A stretch of DNA of 64,000 nt, taken from NCBI GenBank assembly GCA_016722525.1, contig JADKJB010000016.1:25277-89276 (forward strand). The letters run 5' to 3'. Source of the DNA: Bacteroidota bacterium. Lineage in GTDB: Bacteria > Bacteroidota > Bacteroidia > AKYH767-A > OLB10. Numbering within the stretch: position 1 is the first letter of the stretch; each line of letters opens with the position of its first letter. Below the pieces are notes generated by a model that made no database searches, was not told the DNA's origin, and saw only the letters and a list, made by a program, of their open reading frames with translations. Both the position numbers and the translations under genes were made by a program. Below are positions 45,535-54,245 of the stretch, one piece after another.

Positions 45535-46227
45535 ATGGCGGATAAAGAAAAAAACCAATCTGGTGAAATTCTGGAAATAGGTGAAACTATCAATAAAGCA
45601 GAAAGTTATGTTTCTGAAAACAAGAAAAGTATTTCCATTATAGGTGGTGCCATTGTGGTAGTCATTTTAGGTTATTTTGGTTATAACAATCTTATTGTTC
45701 AGCCTCAGGAAGTAAATGCTCAAAAAGAAATGTTTATGGCTGAGCGCTATTTCCAGCAAGATTCTGTCGAAAAAGCTATCAATGGTGATGGTCAGTTTAT
45801 GGGATTTTTGGAGATAATTGATAATTACGGCTCTTCAAATTCAGCAAACTTAGCCCATTACTACCTAGGCATGAGTTATATGAAAAAAGGACAATGGGAC
45901 AGTGCCATTGAATTTCTTTCAAAATATGATGCTGAAGATGACGTAACTGGTGCACTTGCACTTGGAGCAATTGGTGATGCGAATTTGGAATTGGGTAAAA
46001 AAGACGAAGCTGAGAAATTTTATATGAAGGCTGTTGATTGGGATAAAAACCAATTTACTGCTGCTATTTTCCTTATGAAAGCTGCTTTTGTAAAAGAAAA
46101 GCTCAACGATTACAAAGGTGCCTCTGTTCTTTATGAAAGAATAAAAAAAGATTATCCTCAAAGCACAGAAGCCAGAGATATTGAAAAATATATAGTCAGG
46201 GCCAATGCAATGACTGTCCAGAGTTAA
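45535..46227 (+). CDS. Membrane-anchored TPR protein (YfgM-like)
   Basis: Start at MADKEKNQ, one TM helix (ISIIGGAIVVVILGYFGY), then TPR-like helices. Conserved position upstream of ribH. Confidence 0.5.
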   Translation: MADKEKNQSGEILEIGETINKAESYVSENKKSISIIGGAIVVVILGYFGYNNLIVQPQEVNAQKEMFMAERYFQQDSVEKAINGDGQFMGFLEIIDNYGSSNSANLAHYYLGMSYMKKGQWDSAIEFLSKYDAEDDVTGALALGAIGDANLELGKKDEAEKFYMKAVDWDKNQFTAAIFLMKAAFVKEKLNDYKGASVLYERIKKDYPQSTEARDIEKYIVRANAMTVQS

Positions 46228-46232
46228 TTTTC

Positions 46233-46751
46233 ATGGCTTCTGTACAACAAAACTTATCTGTTTTTGACAAAAGCAATCTTCCTGATGCCAGTAAAATGCG
46301 TATCGGGATTGTTGTTGCTGAATGGAATGCAGCAATTACAGGCGCATTATATAAAGGAGCTTACGACACTTTAATCTCCTGCAGTGTAGAGGAATCAAAT
46401 ATTCATACCATTGATGTCCCAGGTACTTTTGAACTTACAGCAGGAGCAAAATTTTTAGCTTCTCAATCCAAGTTAGATGCTGTTATATGTTTAGGCTGTG
46501 TAATACAAGGAGAAACAAGGCACTTTGAATTCATTTGTCAAGCAGTGGCTCAGGGGTTAACTAACCTCACCATAATGGCATCCATCCCTTTTGTTTTTGG
46601 AGTGCTTACTACCGATAACCTCGAACAAGCTCAGTAAAGAGCCGGTGGCAAACATGGTAATAAAGGAATTGAAGCAGCTATTACTGCAATAAAAATGGCG
46701 GCTTTGAAAAACCAAAAAGCCAAAAAAGAAAAGAAAATCGGTTTTAATTGA
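46233..46751 (+). CDS. ribH: 6,7-dimethyl-8-ribityllumazine synthase (C-terminal frameshift ~46635)
   Basis: VPGTFELTAGAKFL, GCVIQGETRHFEFI. The tail RAGGKHGNKGIEAAITAIKMAAL... continues in another frame to the TGA at 46749-46751. Confidence 0.85.
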
Positions 46752-46764
46752 TTTATTTCAACTC

Positions 46765-46808
46765 CTAATATCCATCAACTTGCATACAAGCAAGTTGATG
46801 GATATTAG
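46765..46808. terminator. 19-bp perfect hairpin between convergent ribH and the SET gene
   Basis: CTAATATCCATCAACTTGC (46765-46783), loop ATACAA, GCAAGTTGATGGATATTAG (46790-46808). Neither side has a clear U-tract. Confidence 0.45.
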
Positions 46809-46863
46809 ATTAAAAGCGTACAATTTAGGTTTAAAACTTAAATTAGGATAAAAAACTTCCCCC

Positions 46864-47298
46864 TTATTTCCTGCTTTTTTTCTTCTTCTTCTTAGCTTCT
46901 TTTTCTGCCATTTCTTCTTTCATAATATTCCAATAGGCACGGCCATAACTTACAAAAACTTCGGACCCTGCCTGAATATTACGAGTGGCGCGGATAAAGA
47001 CTTTTTTTCCTTTTTCATGATAAACCGCATTGTTACGATGCCCATTAACTCTACCCACACCTGCGGCATCATTGGCATATCGCCCAAAGGTTTCTTTAAA
47101 ATCAAATGCATCAATACAGGCATTTTTGTTAATATAATACACATATCCCCCTTTTCCAACATCATTTCTTTCAATAGCGTCAGCCCAGGTAATCAGTTCG
47201 CCTTCGTATTCACAAACATTTTTACCTTTTTTAATGTCCTTTTCAGTGAACAAACCTTTACCTGCTCCAGGCAATGTCGACTTTTTTACAAATACCAT
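46864..47298 (-). CDS. SET-domain protein-lysine methyltransferase-like protein
   Basis: GAGKGLFTEKDIKKGKNVCEYEGELI, YANDAAG...NNAVY, EVFVSYGRAYW, and a poly-Lys C-terminal tail. Confidence 0.78.
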   Translation of the reverse strand: MVFVKKSTLPGAGKGLFTEKDIKKGKNVCEYEGELITWADAIERNDVGKGGYVYYINKNACIDAFDFKETFGRYANDAAGVGRVNGHRNNAVYHEKGKKVFIRATRNIQAGSEVFVSYGRAYWNIMKEEMAEKEAKKKKKKSRK

Positions 47299-47611
47299 AT
47301 TTAATAAATTTCTTTTTTGAAGGGTGCAATATTACAGTATTGAAACGTCAAACACAAGACATTAAAAAAACGACTTACAAACAATTTTTGCTTCATCTAA
47401 AATAGAATTCTATACAAGCACAAAAAAAGTCGAAATCAAGCCTATTCTTCAAAAACTGCTTGAATGCACCTCTTCTGTTTTCGTTTTGTTAGTTCAGCTA
47501 TTCTATTGACTATTTGGAAGATCAATTTTTCTTATTCAGCTATAATTTATTTTATATTAAATAATTGGACTACATATTTGAAGTCCAAACCAACTTTAAA
47601 TAAATTCTAAA

Positions 47612-48461
47612 ATGAAAAACAAATTTCTAATCTTAACGCTTATTGTTGCTGCGGGTGCCCTCTCATGGGTCCAAAGTGATAATGGAAAAGCGGGCTACAC
47701 GGCTTCACCAGGTGAATCGTCGTGTAATGCATCAGGTTGCCATACAGGTAACACTATTAATGCGGCAGGTGGTTCTATAACTATCACAGCTCCAACAATG
47801 CCAGGCTGGCAATATAATTCCGGGCCAGGTTTATCCTATTAGCGTTACTATTGAAAGATCTGGCAAACCCCTGTTTGGGATCGGCTTCGAAGCATTAAGG
47901 AGTTCAGGTGCAAATGGAGGAACTTTAACTATAACCAATACGTCTCAAACGCAAATCAAATCTAAAACAATTAATGGGAATTCAAGAGCCAATGTTGTTC
48001 ACCAACAAAATGGTGGTGCATCGGCAAACTCCCATACATTCACATTTAACTGGACTGCACCAACAGCTTCAATCGGAAATGTCACATTCTATGCTTCGGG
48101 AAATGCTGCGAATGGCGATGGTAATGAATCAGGTGACTATATTTACAAAATAGCTCAGGTAGTCACTCCAATTACAACCGGACTTGAAAACCTGGAAGGA
48201 GTCGGTGCTACCATAAAGATATTTCCAAATCCTGTAGCAGACAAATTCACAGTTAATTTCTCACTCCCTGAAGCAGGGAATGTGCAAATGAATTTAATTT
48301 CCATGGAGGGGAAATTATGTTCCACTATCATGTCTGAAACTATGTCACCCGGACAGCATGAAATTAGCTATCAGGTGCCTGATCAGCTCAGAAAAGGAAA
48401 TTACCTGCTTCAAATCAAAAATGACAAAATAACTCAATACAGGAAGATCGCTCTGCTATAG
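47612..48461 (+). CDS. Secreted protein with a T9SS C-terminal sorting domain (one frameshift ~47820)
   Basis: Signal peptide and an N-terminal GESSCNASGCHTG motif. The long second frame (no start codon, so absent from the ORF track) ends in IKIFPNPVADKFTVNF...GNYLLQIKNDKITQYRKIALL, a Por_Secre_tail-type CTD. Confidence 0.7.
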
Positions 48462-48495
48462 GGTGTGGGGTATCTTAAGTGATTCTTTCTTTCAC

Positions 48496-48520
48496 CCGGG
48501 CCTGTAAGCCCGGTTTTTTT
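48496..48520 (+). terminator. Intrinsic terminator
   Basis: CCGGGC-ctgtaa-GCCCGG followed by T7. Confidence 0.75.
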
Positions 48521-48718
48521 ATAAAAAAATGTAAACAAAACCTGTTAAGAGACTGTTTAAGAATTCAGAAAACAACGATTTCAATTTAAATATTTAGAAA
48601 TCTATGTTTTTAAAAGATAAATTGATTGCCCAAAAAAGCAAAAAATTTATTCTTATTTAAACTTTATTATTTGTAACTTCGGGTTACTAAATTAAATCTG
48701 ATATTAAAAACCTTACTC

Positions 48719-49498
48719 ATGAAAAAATACATCCTTCTAGCCTTGCTATCCTCAATTGGCTTTACAGTACAATCTCAATCCCGATGGAATGTGGGGATTC
48801 AAACGGGTTGTGTTACCAACTTATCCAGATTCGATTCAGGAAATGAAGAAGCAAATGCCTTATTTAGCAACAACCCTTACAAATCGGCTCTGCTAGGTGT
48901 CAATTTCAGATATAAAATCAGTGACAAATTTTCATTTCAATCCGGATTTCACTTTACAGAATTCGGCTTCAGCTATGGAATGGCTAAAAACTACTCCTTG
49001 TTAAAACCGGAAAGCCGTTATTCAGATCTTTCTTCAAGCACATGCATTTCAAGTATTCCAGCATTAGTTGTTTTAAATACTCCTGTTAATTGTAATAATG
49101 TACGTTTCATTTTTGGAGCAGGGTTTGCAATTCGGGGAATTGATGATAAATGGGAAAGCGACAGCGAAGCTGAAATACCTGCTAACGAGGGAGCAAATGC
49201 CAAAACAACGTACATGAAGGCCCAATCCAAAACTGTAAATGGAGTTTCACCTGCCGCTACCTGGATAATAGGGTTTGAAAAAGTACTTTCAAGAGGAAAC
49301 ACTATGAGTTTTACCTTTCAGGGAACCCAAGGCTTCACTACAATAGCAGAATCAACCGTAAGTTATACTGCAGGCAATCAGGAGTATTCACATACGTTTA
49401 TTAATAGAGGCAGCTATGCAACTATGGCATTTGCTTACAATTTCAGTTCATTTGGAACTCGAAAAGCAAACAAATTGCTTAAAAATGCAATCAAGTAA
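48719..49498 (+). CDS. Outer-membrane beta-barrel (porin-family-like) protein
   Basis: Signal peptide MKKYILLALLSSIGFTVQSQ, alternating beta-strand pattern, aromatic-rich C-terminal strand (MAFAYNF). Confidence 0.5.
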   Translation: MKKYILLALLSSIGFTVQSQSRWNVGIQTGCVTNLSRFDSGNEEANALFSNNPYKSALLGVNFRYKISDKFSFQSGFHFTEFGFSYGMAKNYSLLKPESRYSDLSSSTCISSIPALVVLNTPVNCNNVRFIFGAGFAIRGIDDKWESDSEAEIPANEGANAKTTYMKAQSKTVNGVSPAATWIIGFEKVLSRGNTMSFTFQGTQGFTTIAESTVSYTAGNQEYSHTFINRGSYATMAFAYNFSSFGTRKANKLLKNAIK

Positions 49499-49525
49499 GA
49501 ATTAGTTTTTACTAATTATTAAAAA

Positions 49526-49561
49526 AGAGGAAGAACCAAAATAAATTTTGATTCTTCCTCT
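49526..49561 (+). terminator. Intrinsic terminator; last feature of the conserved region
   Basis: AGAGGAAGAA...TTCTTCCTCT stem followed by a T-rich tract. Confidence 0.6.
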
Positions 49562-49684
49562 TTCTGTTTCGATTCAATTTTTTTTTACACTTTTTATTCA
49601 TTTTGAACAGGGAACTTCCACCAAAGAGCATAAGAATGAAAAAGAGGCATTAATTGTACAAAGCTATGCCCTGTTATTCAAAAG

Positions 49685-49731
49685 TGATTCCGAAGCGACT
49701 CGAACGCTTGACCTTCTGCTTTTCAGGCAAT
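49685..49731 (-). other. 3' half of tRNA-Phe(GAA) (positions 27-73): att-like remnant
   Basis: Reverse complement reads ATTGC-CTGAAAA-GCAGA-AGGTC-AAGCG-TTCGAGT-CGCTT-CGGAATC-A. That is an anticodon arm, a 5-nt variable loop, a canonical T-arm, a 3' acceptor strand and a discriminator. No D-arm or 5' acceptor strand lies upstream. Confidence 0.75.
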
Positions 49732-49739
49732 CCACCAAA

Positions 49740-49934
49740 ATGGGAGTCAAAGGCACTTCACAGGCTTATATTCTTGGAAACGGTAGGAAGCACTTTAGAG
49801 TGCAATTTTGGGCTATGTTCTGCAGAATATTTAATATTGAAGCTGGGGTGTTGAATGGGGTGGATTTGAGGGAAACATTATTATTCCAAGAAAAAATACT
49901 AAAAACAGACGAATTGTCCGCATTTTTCATCTGA
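49740..49934 (+). CDS. Conserved small ORF (64 aa) in cassette leader A
   Basis: MGVKGTSQAYILGNGRKHFRVQFWAMFCRIFNIEAGVLNGVDLRETLLFQEKILKTDELSAFFI. Comparison with copy B shows coding-like substitutions (synonymous AGA/CGG and TTG/CTA). The stop is followed 14 nt later by a hairpin terminator. Confidence 0.45.
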   Translation: MGVKGTSQAYILGNGRKHFRVQFWAMFCRIFNIEAGVLNGVDLRETLLFQEKILKTDELSAFFI

Positions 49935-49948
49935 ATGCCATTTTGTCT

Positions 49949-49990
49949 CAGGGTTTACCCCTAGGGGGAAACCTGTGTTTTGTGATTTTT
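49949..49990 (+). terminator. Intrinsic terminator inside the leader (copies also at 54476-54517 and 60364-60405)
   Basis: CAGGGTTT(A)CCCC / GGGGAAACCTG stem followed by TGTTTTGTGATTTTTTG. It is conserved in all three leaders. Confidence 0.65.
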
Positions 49991-50081
49991 TGTAATAGTT
50001 ATGAATTTCATGTTTACAATTACATGTAGCTATTTTTCAATCAGCTAATTTCAGTTAAAATTAACCTTTAATCCGTGTAAT

Positions 50082-52009
50082 ATGAAAACAACTTATTCCA
50101 AATTAATCATGTTGGTTGCCTTTTTGATATTTTTTCAAATGGAAGGCTTCTCCCAAACATTAACTTTAACACCCTCCAACTTTAATGGTTATAATATCAG
50201 TTGCTTTGGTAGCGCAACAGGAAGTGTTAATCTGACTATTTCAGGAGGCACACCACCATACACTATTGAATGGAGTAATGCGGCCACCAGCGAGGATCTC
50301 AGTAATGTCCCTGCGGGCTATTATCGTGTCAGCGTTGATGATGCTGACACCTTAACAGAGGCCGTGGATGCAGAAATAACTTTAACAGAACCTGAGCCAC
50401 TCCAAATCGGGGAAGCCTATCCTTATGTTTATCAGAACGGTTACAATGTTAGCTCTTATGGAGCATGTAATGGAAGTATTATTCTTGATGTTAAAGGGGT
50501 GTTGCCCCATATACTTATTTATGGGAACCGGGTCAGCAAACTATTGCGAACCCGTCTAATTTATGCTCTAATGAAAATCAAGTAATTGTTACAGATGCAA
50601 ACGGCTGTGCTATTGCAAACGGAATAGGATTGAATGAACCTCAAAGAGATGACTGGACCATGAATGGAAATTACAATTCTGATCCTGCGACACAGTTTAT
50701 TGGTACAATAGATAATAAAGACGTCTCATTTCGGACAAATAATTTAGAGAGATTCAGAATAAAATCAGATGGCAAAATTTCAATGAGTACGTTCAGTGGT
50801 GCAGGATCTAAAATAGTGTATGCAGATAGTTTGGGAGTATTAAGATCATTTTCTTTTCTTTTATCTACTTGTTTGCCTCGGTCTCCAATTATCGCTTGGC
50901 AGGCGAATCCTGCAATTCAAAATAAAGTATTTGCATGTGGAATTGATTTTGGAATTGGAACATATAGCCCCAGAGAAAAACTGGAAGTAAAAGGAACCGT
51001 ATTAGTTACTTCATGGGATAATTCCCTAAATAATATGTCAGATTACCTCCAACTTAAACACGATGGTGTAAATGCACGAATAGAAAGCTTTGGTACAGGC
51101 GATTTATTGTTGAATAATGGAAATCCAAGAAATGTGAAAGTTAATTTGGGCAATGGGTCAGGATATTTTGAAACAGGAAATAATACATATTTGGCCACAG
51201 AAAGTGGAAATGTTGGAATTGGTATAAGTACACCTAATTACAAATTGGATGTAAATGGTAATATAAATTATACGGGAGAATTATATAAAAACGGAACATT
51301 AATATCAGATGCTTTTTGGTCTACTACCACTACCGGTATTAATTTTGGTTTAGGAAATGTGGGTGTAGGGACATCTAATCCTATAGAAAAATTTCAAGTC
51401 AATGAAGGAGCAATTTCTGCTGTAATTGGATCTGCAGAAGGTCAAGGCCTAGATTATGGAACATGCTATTTTGGAATGAACGCCATTCGAACAGGTATGA
51501 ATAGTTGGATAAGCTCAACTGATGGCATACATAACGGAGGTACAATACTTTTTGGAAGTATTAGCGGTGATTTTAATATTGCAACTATCCCGAGTTGTGA
51601 ACCCAATTGCAATACGGATTTAATTTACGATAACAACTTTATTCAAGACAATACTAGCTTTAAAATCAGAGCTTCAGACGGTCATATTTCTATGGGAGGA
51701 AACCCTCATAATGATTATAAACTAAATGTATGTGGAGGTATAATAACTAATAAAGTTAGAGTACCTGCAATCTGGTGTGATTATGTCTTTGAAAAAGGTT
51801 ATGAATTAATGTCAATTGATAATTTGAGGCAATTTGTAGAAACTAACAAACGTTTACCAGAAATACCATCACAGAAGGAGATTGAGAGCAATGGTGTGGA
51901 TGTCGGTTCTATGCTGACATTACATATGAAGAAAATCGAAGAATTAACTTTATATGTTCTTGAGTTAGAGAAAAGAATTAATGAGTTAAAAAATATATCA
52001 AATGAATAG
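50082..52009 (+). CDS. Secreted SprB-repeat / tail-fibre-like protein A1 (one frameshift in the G-run at 50496-50499)
   Basis: Signal peptide, two SprB-type repeats (NISCFGSATGSVNLTISGGTPPYTIEW and NVSSYGACNGSIILDVKGG.APYTYLW), fibre-like GNVGIG..NP..KL.V.G motifs, and a C-terminal WCDYVFEKGYELMSIDNLRQFVETNKRLPEIPS module with a coiled coil. Confidence 0.65.
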
Positions 52010-52637
52010 TCTGAAACTTAACTTTATTCCAATTTTTGTCATCTTTTTGTATTCTAGCCAAACTTACAGCCAAGACTCAACTTCATCAATAATAAATTCA
52101 AGTAAGTACAAAATATCAGCTAATGTTTCATTTGAAAGAAGCGGAACTGAAAGTTATGAAGCTCCTCGAGATTTCCAAATTGTAAATAATTTTGGAATCG
52201 CTATTAGTAAGAAAATTTCTAAGCGTTTTTGGATTGAATTTAATCCTCAGTTAATTAAACACAAAACTAAGATTTTCTTGGACTTATATGGGGATTATCT
52301 TGAGTATTCTTTTATATCGGATAATATTAGAATTCCAATTAATTTAGAAATGTATTTAAAATCTTTTTATTTTAAGGTTGGGCCATTTTGCGATTTCTTA
52401 ATAGATATAAGATCTGATTCAAATACTAATTTTAATGCTTATAATGTTAATGATTTTACTTATGGAATTGCTGCTGCCACTGGAATGGAGAATCGAATTT
52501 ATAAAAATCTTTATTTGTTTGTTGAAGTGAGATATAATCAAGTATTAAACACCTCCATTTACCCAAAAAATAATAAGAGTTATGAAGGTCGATTTGTTAA
52601 TTACGGGTTTAATATAGGTTTGTGTATTTATTTATAA
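52002..52637 (+). CDS. Small outer-membrane beta-barrel-like protein A2
   Basis: 211 aa with a signal peptide and an alternating-strand pattern ending NYGFNIGLCIYL. Its start overlaps the A1 stop by 8 nt. Confidence 0.45.
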   Translation: MNSLKLNFIPIFVIFLYSSQTYSQDSTSSIINSSKYKISANVSFERSGTESYEAPRDFQIVNNFGIAISKKISKRFWIEFNPQLIKHKTKIFLDLYGDYLEYSFISDNIRIPINLEMYLKSFYFKVGPFCDFLIDIRSDSNTNFNAYNVNDFTYGIAAATGMENRIYKNLYLFVEVRYNQVLNTSIYPKNNKSYEGRFVNYGFNIGLCIYL

Positions 52638-52648
52638 AAAAATCAAAT

Positions 52649-54135
52649 ATGAAAAAATGGATTTTTGTTTTATTAATTTTTGTGGCTGGTAAGCAAGGGT
52701 ATTCACAATGGAATCTTATTAGGAATTCTAGCTTTGAACATTTAATCCCAGGACAATCATTAAATAATAATTGCCTAGGGGTGTTACAGAAGATGTTTTA
52801 TTATGGAAACAGGCAAATGACAATCATGATTTTAAATTTGGAACACCAGATTATATGGATGAACAATGCAATGAAAAAGAACCAGGTATAATTTATTCAG
52901 GTGAATCTTCTAAATTTATTTATTTGGAGGTTCAACACGATGGTAATGGGACCCATCCTTCGCATAATGATAAAAATGATGCAATCCAAGCAGGTTTGAT
53001 TTCTACTCTATATCAAATCCATAACTATGTATTTAAAATCATGTATATTGGAGTGCCTCCCAAATATGGTTCAAATATTTCATATGGAGATACACGAATG
53101 AGAATGTGGCTGTCAAAATATAGCGAACATTGGAATAGTTCATGGGGGAATGTCATTTATTCTCGTGTTATGTATCCCCCTCATATGATTAATCCGCAAG
53201 AATGGATTGAACACACTCTTTTTATTGATGGTCCAAATGATGGTGCTAATTTTTCACAGCTTAAAAATTTAACAATAGGTGCAGAAGAAGGTCAATTTTA
53301 TGTTGAATCAGTTGAATTAAGTGAAATTTGTGCACCAATACATTATATCCAAGATCAACATTTCTTTAATGCTCAAGATGGAATTCCACATAAGGCAGCA
53401 AATGTGTTAATTGCAGGAAGTAATACAGGAGCCCCTCATCTTATCGGTGATGTGGTTATCCACCCAGGTGCAAATGTTACTTTTAAAGCGGGGATTGGAC
53501 CTTTTGATTTTATTGATATTTTAGGTGTTGATATACAGGCAGGTGCTAATTTTGAAACTTTTTTTGAACCTTGCGATAATTCTGTAGTAAGACAGGAATA
53601 TGACACCACAGAAGTTTTTCGAATGGATGATTCGATAGAATATATGGAGTGTGGTGACACTTTAATTATTAACGGTTTAGATGGTGATACAACCACGAAC
53701 ATAAATTATTTTTGGGATTTGGGTAATGGAGATACATTATCTTCACCTACAGTAAATTATATTTATCCAACAAGTGGAACATATTTAGTAACCCTTGTAC
53801 TTACTGATTCTCTAAATCATAAAGACACACTTTCCAAAACATACGTTGTGCCTTCTTGTAGGATTTCAGGATCTCAAATAATTGCAGAATATCAGCCTGA
53901 AATAAAAGTATTTCCAAATCCTTCAATCGGTTTAGTAAATATAAATTATACGCTGAAAGATAAAAATTATTTGTCTTATAGTGTATATGACCCAACTGGA
54001 CGGGTAATAATAAATAAATCAAGAGAATACTTTAGTGATTTTCAAATTCAATTGGCAGACGAAGGAGTATATTTCATAAAATTTGAATTTGAGGATAAAA
54101 GTATTTACTTCAAAAGGATTGTAATAACAAAATAA
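52649..54135 (+). CDS. Secreted PKD-domain protein with a T9SS sorting domain, A3 (one frameshift ~52770)
   Basis: Signal peptide MKKWIFVLLIFVAG, PKD motif YFWDLGNGDTLSSPTVNYIYPTSGTYLVTLVLTD, and CTD IKVFPNPSIGLVNINY...GVYFIKFEFEDKSIYFKRIVITK. Confidence 0.65.
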
Positions 54136-54245
54136 TTAATTAGGAATAGACCCCAAATACTGGATTCTGTAAGATCCTTAACATGAATCTACTACATAAA
54201 ATATCTCAGTTTTTTTGAGATATAGACGTGATCAGTATGAGAGAA

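Larger units (their letters stand above)
49681..50081 (+). repeat. Cassette leader, copy A (~0.4 kb)
   Basis: Direct repeat of 60096-60496 (same length, few substitutions) and of 54246-54608 (the first ~160 nt are diverged). It contains the tRNA-Phe remnant, a small ORF, and a hairpin terminator at 49949-49990. Confidence 0.9.

Noticed and set aside
49685-49731. Functional tRNA-Phe gene
   Set aside because: Only positions 27-73 are present. The upstream 26 nt cannot form a D-arm or pair with the 3' acceptor strand, so it is a remnant.
49548-49934. 128-aa ORF (and the 90-aa ORF at 60077-60349) as full-length genes
   Set aside because: The N-terminal parts read through the upstream terminator hairpin and the antisense tRNA remnant, and are not shared between copies. 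Only the last 64 codons from the conserved ATG show coding-like conservation.
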